Assembly (NCBI GenBank): GCA_051362555.1
Contig: CM120641.1
Coordinates: 34,726,401-34,790,400, forward strand
Direction: 5' to 3'
Length of the DNA stretch: 64,000 bases
From: Lingula anatina
Lineage: Eukaryota > Animalia > Brachiopoda
Shown here: piece by piece, positions 48,401-61,000 of the stretch
Position numbering within the stretch: position 1 is the stretch's first letter
Layout: each line of letters begins with the position of its first letter
Translations under genes and position numbers: made by a program
Notes under the pieces: model-generated
What the model saw: the letters and a program-made list of their open reading frames with translations, nothing else
The model's database searches: none
Told to the model about the DNA's origin: nothing

Positions 48401-51400
48401 ATGTGACCTTAAAATTGACCTTTGACCTACTTTTCACCATAAACTGAACTTTGCAAAATTTGCTTCCGTTTTATCTCCAAAACTGGCAGAGATAGGTCCA
48501 TAGTTACTATTGAACTTGAATAGGAAGTCATATACTGGCAATCTAAATGTGACCTTAAAATTGACCTTTGACCTACTTTTCACCATGAACTGAACTTTGC
48601 AAATTTTGCTTCCCTTTTATCTCCAAAACTGGCAGAGATAGGTCCATAGTTACTACTGAACTTGAATAGGAAGTCATATACTGGCAATTAAATGTGACCT
48701 TAAAATTGACCTTTGACCTACTTTTCACCATGAACTGAACTTTGCATGTAAAGCCCAATACTGGAGGTGGTCTCGGGTTTTTTTGTATTCCATACGGTTT
48801 TCGAGTTACGCTGTATCAAAAAGTACATATTGGTGGTAAAAGCAAAATGTGCAGTACGGTAATGGATAATAAATTTTGAACTCTGGAAAAATAAAACATA
48901 AGGCTTGGCAAAGCAGACAATGTGTTCAAAAATGACATTATTTCATCAAACTTGAACTTCTGAAACTTCAGAGCACCTCCTATTTCAAGAATTTTGACCA
49001 AAATGACATTTTCTTTATTTTAATTAATTTTTTCTGTACGAAATTTAAGGCACATTATGGTAACTCCAAAATTATAACATTTAGTCCCTTATATTTCCAA
49101 AACTGGCAGAGATAGGTCCATAGTTACTATTGAACTTGAATAGGAAGTCATATACTGGCAATCTAAATGTGACCTTAAAATTGACCTTTGACCTACTTTT
49201 CACCATGAACTGAACTTTGCAAATTTTGCTTCCCTTTTATCTCCAAAACTGGCAGAGATAGGTCCATAGTTACTATTGAACTTGAATAGGAAGTCATATA
49301 CTGGCAATCTAAATGTGACCTTAAAATTGACCTTTGACTTACTTTTCACCATGAACTGAACTTTGCAAATTTTGCTTCCCTTTTATCTCCAAAACTGGCA
49401 GAGATAGGTCCATAGTTACTATTGAACTTGAATAGGAAGTCATATACTGGCAATATAAATGTGACCTTAAAATTGACCTTTGACCTACTTTTCACCATGA
49501 ACTGATAGGTCCATAGTTACTATTGAACTTGAATAGGAAGTCCTATACTGGCAATCTAAATGTGACCTTAAAATTGACCTTTGACCTACTTTTCACCATG
49601 AACTGAACTTTGCAAATTTTGCTTTCCTTTTATCTCCAAAACTGGCTGAGATAGGTCTGTAGTTACTATTGAACTTGAATAGGAAGTCATATACTGGCAA
49701 TTTAAATGTGACCTTAAAATTGACCTTTGACCTACTTTTCACCATAAACTGAACTTTGCAAAATTTGCTTCCGTTTTATCTCCAAAACTGGCAGAGATAG
49801 GTCCATAGTTACTATTGAACTTGAATAGGAAGTCATATACTGGCAATCTAAATGTGACCTTAAAATTGACCTTTGACCTACTTTTCACCATGAACTGAAC
49901 TTTGCAAATTTTGCTTCTCTTTTATCTCCAAAACTGGCAGAGATAGGTCCATAGTTACTACTGAACTTGAATAGGAAGTCATATACTGGCAATTAAATGT
50001 GACCTTAAAATTGACCTTTGACCTACTTTTCACCATGAACTGAACTTTGCATGTAAAGCCCAATACTGGAGGTGGTCTCGGGTTTTTTTGTATTCCATAC
50101 GGTTTTCGAGTTACGCTGTATCAAAAAGTACATATTGGTGGTAAAAGCAAAATGTGCAGTACGGTAATGGATAATAAATTTTGAACTCTGGAAAAATAAA
50201 ACATAAGGCTTGGCAAAGCAGACAACTTGTGTTCAAAAATGACATTATTTCATCAAACTTGAACTTCTGAAACTTCAGAGCACCTCCTATTTCAAGAATT
50301 TTGACCAAAATGACATTTTCTTTATTTTAATTAATTTTTTCTGTACGAAATTTAAGGCACATTATGGTAACTCCAAAATTATAACATTTAGTCCCTTATA
50401 TCTCCAAAACTGGCAGAGATAGGTCCATAGTTACTATTGAACTTGAATAGGAAGTCATATACTGGCAATCTAAATGTGACCTTAAAATTGACCTTTGACC
50501 TACTTTTCACCATGAACTGAACTTTGCAAATTTTGCTTCCCTTTTATCTCCAAAACTGGCAGAGATAGGTCCATAGTTACTATTGAACTTGAATAGGAAG
50601 TCATATACTGGCAATCTAAATGTGACCTTAAAATTGACCTTTGACCTACTTTTCACCATGAACTGAACTTTGCATGTAAAGCCCAATACTGGAGGTGGTC
50701 TCGGTTTTTTTGTATTCCATACGGTTTTCGAGTTACGCTGTATCAAAAAGTACATATTGGTGGTAAAAGCAAAATGTGCAGTACGGTAATGGATAATAAA
50801 TTTTGAACTCTGGAAAAATAAAACATAAGGCTTGGCAAAGCAGACAACTTGTGTTCAAAAATGACATTATTTCATCAAACTTGAACTTCTGAAACTTCAG
50901 AGCACCTCCTATTTCAAGAATTTTGACCAAAATGACATTTTCTTTATTTTAATTAATTTTTTCTGTACGAAATTTAAGGCACATTATGGTAACTCCAAAA
51001 TTATAACATTTAGTCCCTTATATCTCCAAAACTGGCAGAGATAGGTTCATAGTTACTATTGAACTTGAATAGGAAGTCATATACTGGCAATCTAAATGTG
51101 ACCTTAAAATTGACCTTTGACCTACTTTTCACCATGAACTGAACTTTGCAAATTTTGCTTCCCTTTTATCTCCAAAACTGGCAGAGATAGGTCCATAGTT
51201 ACTATTGAAATTGAATAGGAAGTCATATACTGGCAATCTAAATGTGACCTTAAAATTGACCTATGACCTACTTTTCACCATGAACTGAACTTTGCAAATT
51301 TTGCTTCCCTTTTATCTCCAAAACTGGCAGAGATAGGTCCATAGTTACTATTGAACTTGAATAGGAAGTCATATACTGGCAATCTAAATGTGACCTTAAA

Positions 51401-54400
51401 ATTGACCTTTGACCTACTTTTCACCATGAACTTAACTTTGCAAATTTTGCTTCCCTTTTATCTCCAAAACTGGCAGAGATAGGTCCATAGTTACTATTGA
51501 ACTTGAATAGGAAGTCATATACTGGCAATATAAATGTGACCTTAAAATTGACCTTTGACCTACTTTTCACCATGAACTGAACTTTGCATGTAAAGCCCAA
51601 TACTGGAGGTGGTCTCGGTTTTTTTGTATTCCATACGGTTTTCGAGTTACGCTGTATCAAAAAGTACATATTAGTGGTAAAAGCAAAATGTGCAGTACGG
51701 TAATGGATAATAAATTTTGAACTCTGGAAAAATAAAACATAAGGCTTGGCAAAGCAGACAACTTGTGTTCAAAAATGACATTATTTCATCAAACTTGAAC
51801 TTCTGAAACTTCAGAGCACCTCCTATTTCAAGAATTTTGACCAAAATGACATTTTCTTTATTTTAATTAATTTTTTCTGTACGAAATTTAAGGCACATTA
51901 TGGTAACTCCAAAATTATAACATTTAGTCCCTTATATCTCCAAAACTGGCAGAGATAGGTCCATAGTTACTATTGAACTTGAATAGGAAGTCATATACTG
52001 GCAATCTAAATGTGACCTTAAAATTGACCTTTGACCTACTTTTCACCATGAACTGAACTTTGCAAATTTTGCTTCCCTTTTATCTCCAAAACTGGCAGAG
52101 ATAGGTCCATAGTTACTATTGAACTTGAATAGGAAGTCATATACTGGCAATCTAAATGTGACCTTAAAATTGACCTTTGACCTACTTTTCACCATGAACT
52201 GAACTTTGCATGTAAAGCCCAATACTGGAGGTGGTCTCGGTTTTTTTGTATTCCATACGGTTTTCGAGTTACGCTGTATCAAAAAGTACATATTGGTGGT
52301 AAAAGCAAAATGTGCAGTACGGTAATGGATAATAAATTTTGAACTCTGGAAAAATAAAACATAAGGCTTGGCAAAGCAGACAACTTGTGTTCAAAAATGA
52401 CATTATTTCATCAAACTTGAACTTCTGAAACTTCAGAGCACCTCCTATTTCAAGAATTTTGACCAAAATGACATTTTCTTTATTTTAATTAATTTTTTCT
52501 GTACGAAATTTAAGGCACATTATGGTAACTCCAAAATTATAACATTTAGTCCCTTATATCTCCAAAACTGGCAGAGATAGGTTCATAGTTACTATTGAAC
52601 TTGAATAGGAAGTCATATACTGGCAATCTAAATGTGACCTTAAAATTGACCTTTGACCTACTTTTCACCATGAACTGAACTTTGCAAATTTTGCTTCCCT
52701 TTTATCTCCAAAACTGGCAGAGATAGGTCCATAGTTACTATTGAAATTGAATAGGAAGTCATATACTGGCAATCTAAATGTGACCTTAAAATTGACCTTT
52801 GACCTACTTTTCACCATGAACTGAACTTTGCAAATTTTGCTTCCCTTTTATCTCCAAAACTGGCAGAGATAGGTCCATAGTTACTATTGAACTTGAATAG
52901 GAAGTCATATACTGGCAATCTAAATGTGACCTTAAAATTGACCTTTGACCTACTTTTCACCATGAACTTAACTTTGCAAATTTTGCTTCCCTTTTATCTC
53001 CAAAACTGGCAGAGATAGGTCCATAGTTACTATTGAACTTGAATAGGAAGTCATATACTGGCAATATAAATGTGACCTTAAAATTGACCTTTGACCTACT
53101 TTTCACCATGAACTGAACTTTGCATGTAAAGCCCAATACTGGAGGTGGTCTCGGTTTTTTTGTATTCCATACGGTTTTCGAGTTACGCTGTATCAAAAAG
53201 TACATATTAGTGGTAAAAGCAAAATGTGCAGTACGGTAATGGATAATAAATTTTGAACTCTGGAAAAATAAAACATAAGGCTTGGCAAAGCAGACAACTT
53301 GTGTTCAAAAATGACATTATTTCATCAAACTTGAACTTCTGAAACTTCAGAGCACCTCCTATTTCAAGAATTTTGACCAAAATGACATTTTCTTTATTTT
53401 AATTAATTTTTTCTGTACGAAATTTAAGGCACATTATGGTAACTCCAAAATAATAACATTTAGTCCCTTATATCTCCAAAATAGCAGAGATAGGTCCATA
53501 GTTACTATTGAACTTGAATAGGAAGTCATATACTGGCAATATAAATGTGACCTTAATATTGACCTTTGACCTACTTTTCACCATGAACTGAACTTTGCAA
53601 ATTTTGCTTTCCTTTTATCTCCAAAACTGGCAGAGATAGGTCCATCGTTACTATTTAACTTGAATAGAAAGTCATATACTGGCAATCTAAATGTGACCTT
53701 GAAATTGACCTTTGACCTACTTTTCACCATGAACTGAATTTTGCAAATTTTGCTTCCGTTTTATCTCCAAAACTGACAGAGATAGGTCCATAGTTATTAT
53801 TAAACTTGAATAGGAAGTCCTATACTGGCAATATAAGTGTGACCTTGAAATTGACCTTTGACCTACTTTTTATCATGAACTGAACTTTTTTTCTCTTTTA
53901 ACTTCAAACTTGACAGAGATAGGTTCATAGTTATTCTTGAACTTGAATATGAAGTCATATACTGGCAATTTACTGTGACCTTGAAATTGACCCTTGACCT
54001 ACCTTACGAAGAACTTAAATTTGATTGTACCATATATGTTTTTTGCAATAGTTTAAAAATTCTTGTTGATTGCATTTTTACAGCTTGTCAAGCACAAAAC
54101 TGGTGGCTGTGTCCCTTATTTTGTGTATGTGGGGGTCTATACGAATGCGCTTGCTCCAGCTGGTGGTACAATATTCGGAGGCGGTATCGCCTCTCTGATC
54201 CTCTAGTTTTAAATTGTTTAAGATAAATAATTAGTAATAAAAAGGGAGGTACGTTACTTATTCCAGCTAAATTATTAGGTGCATAGTTGGACATCCAGTG
54301 TTAAAAAGTTTGATTTAATTTCATATTATGTAGTCAGTCTATTGATACCTGACAGTCTAGACGAATGCTGTGATTGATATAATGGCTTCTTGGTATTGTA

Positions 54401-56136
54401 GAATGCGGGACATGCGCTGCACAGGCTTGGACTGTGGGCAACAGGCAGCTGATTGGATGAACAGATATTTGAAGAAGGATGGAATGCGTCTTGTATACTG
54501 TCATCCAAGTTTATCCAAAAGGGAGATGAGGACCAAGAAAACTTATTTCCCTAATCGTTCAAGACCAGGTGACCAGGTAAAATATCTTTTTCATCATGAA
54601 ACACATTCTAGCTGACTTATTCATTTCAGTGGTCAATTAAAGGTACTCTCCACAGCCTTGAAAGTCCTCCACAGCCATATTTACACCCTGCAAAGTTTCT
54701 CATATTCTCAATTCAGACCTTAAAGTCAATAAACCCTTTTAATAAAAGTTTTTTTGTGAAGTGTACCTATGTGTCCTTGTTATCGTTATCAGAAATTGTG
54801 ACAAAGTTGTTTATCTTTTTTTTTTTTAATTTTATCGAGCACCAATTTATTATTGTTATAACTTGATGTTTAAATATAATGGAATATTCAGCAGTGAAGA
54901 TCAAGTCAAATACAGTTCAGTGTTCCCTTTCATCACATGTTATCCTACAGTTTTTATTCTAAGAAGACATCACCATTGCTTTTCAGGCACTCTATCCAGA
55001 CTTCAGTGCCTTCCTACTGATGTCAGAAGCTTCTGTGAAGAATGTCAACAGTAACCTGCCTGAAGGGAAAGAAGTTTACATGCGAACTTTCCGTCCAAAT
55101 ATAGTTGTCTCTGGTTGTCATGCCTTTGCAGAGGTAGTACTTCTTATTCTTGTTGTATCAATTATATGAAATGGGGTACCTTTCCAGCATATTTCTGTTT
55201 ACTCTTTGGTGATAATCTGTGTGACAATTAAAGATGTTTATCAATGTATGTATAATATCATATATACAATGAATTTTTTTTTAAATTTAATAATTGGTAT
55301 TTGTTCTTTGTGTAATATTTTGTGTGAATTTTTAAAAAATTTTAATTTTTCAAATAATTATAGGATGGTTGGCAGAGAGTTCGCATTGGAAACAACCAGT
55401 TTGTTAGGCTGAAACATTGTCAGAGGTAATGATTGGTTTTGCTATCATATGAAAAATAGAAGAAGTTAATAATTTTTAGAGCTAAAACTGCTTTTGTTAT
55501 ACTTCTATACTATCATTGCAGAAAATGGCTTTATAGCCTGTTAGTAGCCACGGCATTTGCTTTTAAATGAACTGAAACAAGCTAATGTGTTAATTTTAGA
55601 GGCTTCTTATAAATAGTTATTGTTACAAATGATTGAAATCCATAAGAATATGACACAAGATGAAATCAGTATATATATATATTTGGATGTGTAGTCTAAG
55701 AATGCAGGGTTTGTATAAGTAATTCACATGATCAATTTTAAAACATTTTGTGTGTGTAATTTTGTATTGTTCTAGGTGTATTATGACTACTGTGAATCCA
55801 GAAACTGGAATAAAAGATCCAGACAATGAACCACTGAAATCAATGAGCAAGTAGGTACAAACTTATGCATGAAAACCTTCATGTTTGCAATATTTGAACC
55901 AACAGATTTGTGCAAGAATATGATTGCATTTTGACGTCTCCTTTTTTTATTTTTGCTTCATTAGGATAATTTCAATATTGGCTTTTGTGAGCAAATGATT
56001 TTTTTCCGTTTCTTTATGTTCCAGATACCGCCAACATCCAGATTTTCGTACCCCTGTGCTTGGGATTAATTTAGCAGCAGATGTCTGTGGACCTATCAGC
56101 ATTGGGGACCCAGTGTATGCAGTATTATCTGATTGA
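45451..56136 (+). CDS. MTARC: Mitochondrial amidoxime-reducing component (MOSC domain, Moco enzyme); exons 45451-45668, 46681-46857, 54402-54576, 54987-55133, 55364-55425, 55776-55850, 56025-56136; ~321 aa
   Basis: Hydrophobic N-terminus, VGRVSGLYLHPVKSC, DRQW, LDAPGM, DCGQQAADW, FRPNIVVSGCHAFAEDGW, HCQRCIMTTVNPETG (Moco Cys) and IGDPVY. All splice phases agree, giving 966 nt. Confidence 0.93.
47017..54206 (+). mobile_element. Helentron-associated non-autonomous element (HINE/DINE-1-like) with an internal satellite array, in mARC intron 2
   Basis: Perfect 15-bp subterminal IR TATTGTACCACCAGC (47017) / GCTGGTGGTACAATA (54159-54173); 5' hairpin; CCGCCGGCT minisatellite (47077-47128); 3' hairpin GAGGCGGTATCGCCTC; end CTAG|TTTT. 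Confidence 0.8.
47684..54000. repeat. 146-bp satellite monomers interleaved with a ~330-bp spacer unit, forming a 1536-bp higher-order repeat
   Basis: The monomer contains TGACCTTAAAATTGACCTTTGACCT, period 146. The spacer GCATGTAAAGCCCAA starts at ~47684, 48744, 50049, 50672, 51586, 52208 and 53122. Identical ORFs in the track are 1536 bp apart. Confidence 0.93.
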
Positions 56137-58005
56137 GTGAATCAGAATGGTGGATTTTCAAACATTTTTTATACTTGCCAAAATGTTTGCTTTTTTATAA
56201 ACAGCTCACATTCCTCAAAGAGCAAAACTGTGTTTTATATACTACTGTAATTGACCTTCATTTATTAAGAGCATGCAGCTGAATATAGAGCTATTTTTTA
56301 CCACTTTTACTGATGTTAACAGGGTCTTGAGAAGCACCAGCATTGGCTTGCTAGAGAAGGCAGATTTATGCCTGTTAAAACACCAGTTTGTTCAATTATT
56401 ACAGTCAAGTGCCATATTATTGGAGTTATACATTTAATATTTTACAAAAGAAGTAATTATTTTGTTTGCACAAATATTTTAAACAGCATTCCAGGTAAAT
56501 AAAAACTAATATGGAGGTTATAAGAAGTAATATTGTTTTAAAAGTGGAAGGTATCTGTAGTTATGTTATATAGAAGCTTTGGACACCACTGTCTTCACTG
56601 TAGAGGTATAACACATTTTGCCTTGTCTAAAATAAAGTACAATTTTTGTAATCTATGCTTAGTCTTTAAATAAAAACTGTTAAATTTGAAAGATTTCAGA
56701 CTCCCAACATAAACAGCAGGTTATTATATCATTCTATTTGTTTTTAGCCATGGATTTTGAAAGTCAAACTTAGCTTATTCAATCATCACAGCCATTGTAC
56801 TTGAATTGCCATTCATGAAGCCCAGTCTTTTAAATTAAACCACCTGGGATAGAATTTGTTACACAGAAACAATGAGGCAGTTCATTCTTTATCTGCCCTT
56901 GTCTCAAGGCTGTAGGTCTGTGGTTCATTTGACACTAAATTTCCACGATTGAGCAATGCTTTTAAAACAAGCCCTTGAATAAAATAAAACAAATAATAAA
57001 CAGATGAATTTGATGAATTTAATAATTTCAGAAAAAAAAAAAAAACAATCAGCTTTTTATTTAAGCTTTTTTCTTCAACACAAAGTTACAAACTAAATAT
57101 CATTAAAGCTTGTCTCCCAAGATAAAATGTTTCAACAACAAATTAAACCTAACATATGATTATCTAAAATACAGACAGCTGTGTAATTTCAAACAACAAA
57201 GTATTTGATTAATAATGGTCTATGAGTTCAACAAATATACCAAAATGCACTGTATCCAAAATGAAATATTACAACAAAATAAATTGCCTTAACTTCTAAA
57301 GTAAATGATAGCAAAAGGTAAACTATAAACTATACAGAAACCTTTCAAAAATTTTAATAAACCTTTTTGCAAAAATTCTAATAAAAATCAAGTGTGTTAA
57401 AAAACAAAAGACAAAACTTACCACTTTCCAGTAATGCATTGTGAAAATTATGTGAAAAATAATCTTGAAGAAAGTGGTGCCATGGTACAACATCCCCTTG
57501 ATGTTTGTAACTCTAATATATTCAGTGTTGTAATATTTTATCAATTCAACTCTTTGTATAAAGAAATATACCTTTTCAAGATAACCTTGTAGCTCAACCC
57601 CTCTATCAATGAAAAAATTATGCTTTGCCTGAGAAAAAAGATCCCTCAAATCATTTTAAATAAACATTTAAAATAAACTAACAAATGACTAGAGAGACAA
57701 GTCAAGACAATGCAAAGCCAACCAAAGTATATATAGTCCTTTTAAAATGTTGTGTTATAGTTTGTGGGTGATAAAAATAAGGTCCTCCACAGGAGAGAAC
57801 CACAGGCAAATGAATTAACTGGAAAAAATACACCTTGTTTCAGTACAAAAATTAATGTCATACATGGAAAGTCAGCAAGATTGCCAAAAATGAAAGATCT
57901 ATTGAAGTTCACCATTCATTCTTTCCCCCCTGAGATTAACATTCCTTTTTTTAATAAACTATGAATGGAAATCTTAAGCAGTAACCATTTTCAACAACAT
58001 AATTC

Positions 58006-61000
58006 TCAGTTGTTGTTGAGATAAAACTGCTTCAATGGTGTGAATAGATGCTTGATAACAGGCACACTCCAAGTTTTACCCAGGAGTTTATGGCGTTTAG
58101 CTACAGGAAGGTTGCCTACATCTGTGTAGTGGGCTGGAAATCCAAATATTCTGAAAATAAAATTTTGAGTTTTAATGGCATGCCTCATGATTGGATAAAA
58201 GACTCATAAAATCAATTTAAAAAAGCACAGATCTGGAAAGCACCCAAGACTTAGAAAATAAGACACATGAAATGAAAATGCTTGATGATTTTTCATCCCC
58301 TAATATTTATTTGCAATACTATATTGATTAAACTTGCCTCTCTAACTCTGGTATCCAAAGTGTGTCATCTTGACCGTCCATCTTGACAGGAAACAGTGCA
58401 TACTTTTGTCTTAGGGAGTTTGACCTGGTTGTCACAGTGCGGATTTTCTTCACCTGACAACAGAATATATAAAGCAGGATAAGTGAAAAAATATATCCAG
58501 TTCATGTAGATGAAATACTGAAACAGTAGATTAAATAAGAACATAGTATCCACCCTGACTTTACTCAGGTACTTTAAGTTACGAAGGGGCGTGCCATACA
58601 TTTTAGCCTCTTAAACTCGATGCAATAGTTAGCGAGATCCAGCTGGTATGGTAGGGTTATGGGAATGCTCCCTTGCCCACACAAAGCAACATGTATATAC
58701 CTGTAACTGTTGTACTTACTGTTGCCCTCCTGTTACAGTTTGGTGTAAGTGAACCATCCACATTGACAGCATTCTGGAGATGAACAGTCTGAGGGGCACT
58801 GAAACATAGGGCAGAATTATCTACAAACCTCATCAAAAACTTTTTTTCATTATTCCAGCCATTTATTTTGTGCTCTCTTCCCTAAACAAGTCAATAAGAC
58901 TGCATTCAGATAAACCCATCGTAGAAGCTCAATTGATCCAACTCTGCAGGAGATTCTGGCTAAACCGCATTCAGTGTAATCAGCTTCATTGGCTCACATG
59001 ATGAGTGAAAGAGCTTCTGAGGGCTGAGTGTGCAAGATAGTTAATTAAAACCTTTGCTGGAAGCATGTGAGACAATTATAATCTTATTACATTGATTGCA
59101 TTTAAGCAAGAATCCCTGCAGAGTTGGATAAATCCAGATAGTACAACAGGTTTATCTGAACACTCCCTCAGACACCACGGGGCAAAAGTTGGTGTCAACA
59201 TGGATCAAATTCTTCCACGCATAATATTTATATGTTCTATTAAAGAAAATTTTACATGGTGTCATACAGTTCTTTTCATGTTAAAAAGTATTTTTTTACC
59301 TGTACATCCCTGGAATGTTTCCCCAGAAATATCGTGCTCTCTGCTGTGCAGAGAAGTACCTAGCATCCCACATGGCAGGTCCACACTGAAATATAACATG
59401 CCAGTCACGCAAGTGCTATACAGAAATAAATTTTTTGATTATAAAATTTTGTCTCCAAAGTTTTGATTATTTTTGCCCATTAAAAAGATCACGTAATTAC
59501 CACAACTTAAAAACTATAAATCAACTAAATTGTTATATACATTTTACATAACCATTTTAAACTTTCAGAAATGTCATTGCTTTACATGCTCTCTTGCTTC
59601 ATGACAAGGGGCATTGTTGCCATTTATCTAATGTGCTATAATTTTACCCTGCATTTGTACAGAAATGTGAATTGAGATTCTTAAATATTGTGAATAGTAA
59701 TATTACCCCTAGGAATCTGCTAATAGTTGTCTTAGCCTCACGCAACATTGACACCACATTTTCAAACAACCAAAACACATGTCTGTCCTGGTTTAACTCC
59801 TTCACCATGGTCAAGATTCTATAATACTCAAAAAAGAGTTGCCCTGTACCATCTGAAAAATACAAGAAAAACAATACAGTCTTTGATCTCTGTCATTATA
59901 ATTATGATAATCTAATAAAGGTATAGTTAAAAAAGATGAAAATTAAGCTGCATACTTGAATGAGCTTAAATACAATCAAAACCTAGGAAAAACTCTGATG
60001 TTGCTTACATTTTAGCCAAAGAATGTCTATAACTTCCAACCAATGTAAAAAAATAATGTTAACAGTTAGGTGACACTTTACCTACCAAATATACCTTTCC
60101 TAGCAGGATTGACCAATGACAGATCATTGCAGGGTGAGCCTCCTATAACTAAATCTATGGGGCCAATGGAGGCCAACTGGAAAATATTAAGTAATAATTT
60201 TTACTTGAAATTTACAAGAAGAACAGGGATGATTGTCTTGTGTTTGGGCATACTTACTAATATGTGTGTCAAGCAAAAAGGCAATTTTAAAAACATACAG
60301 TTTACCATATATGGTGCTGAGACTGATCTGCTTCAAGTATAAATTCCATCCAGTCTAAAGTATCAAATCTGTAAAGGTGCAAGCATGAATGGACCGATTC
60401 ACATTTAAATAATATATGTACATTCACCTTTTCTCTGTCCAACTTTGTGATGTCCCCTAGTTGGATGACCGAGTCCCCATGGTTGGCCCTGGTCACAGTG
60501 ACAGCACAGTCATCTATCTCTGCTGCATAGTACTTGTCTGTGACAATACCCAGGCTGTCCAGAGCAACTTTACCTTAGAAAAGGACAAAATAATATGTTG
60601 TTTTTTTTTCATATCCAATTAAAACAATGCAGATATTGCCAAAACTAGATCATTACAAGTTCTTATTAAATATTGGATTAATTCATTGCTCAATTAATAG
60701 CAAACTGGTATACCCGAGTACATGTACAAGCCAGTATACAGTCAGGCACATGCAAGTTTGCCATGTTAATGACATGTCTGTTTGTTGTGCACATTCCTTC
60801 CAACAATAATTATCATATTCCTGTTATATATGTTTCATTCATAGTTAATAACTTGAAATTGCTTTTCTGAGCAAGCAATAAACAACTGTAACTGCTGACA
60901 GCAATTTAGTGAAATTTAAAAGAGATAACAAGTCTATTTTCAAGGGCCAAAACTGTTTTTTATTTTCAACCAATTTGAAATAAGCTTAATTCTATGAAAG

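Noticed and set aside
48573-53205. Repeated 61-82 aa ORFs (MYFLIQRN..., MVKILEIGG...)
   Set aside because: By-products of the satellite array; no recognisable domain.
58995-59020. ATGATGA...CTGA as a C/D snoRNA in a DNMT3 intron
   Set aside because: It is on the strand opposite the host gene and the boxes are only ~12 nt apart.
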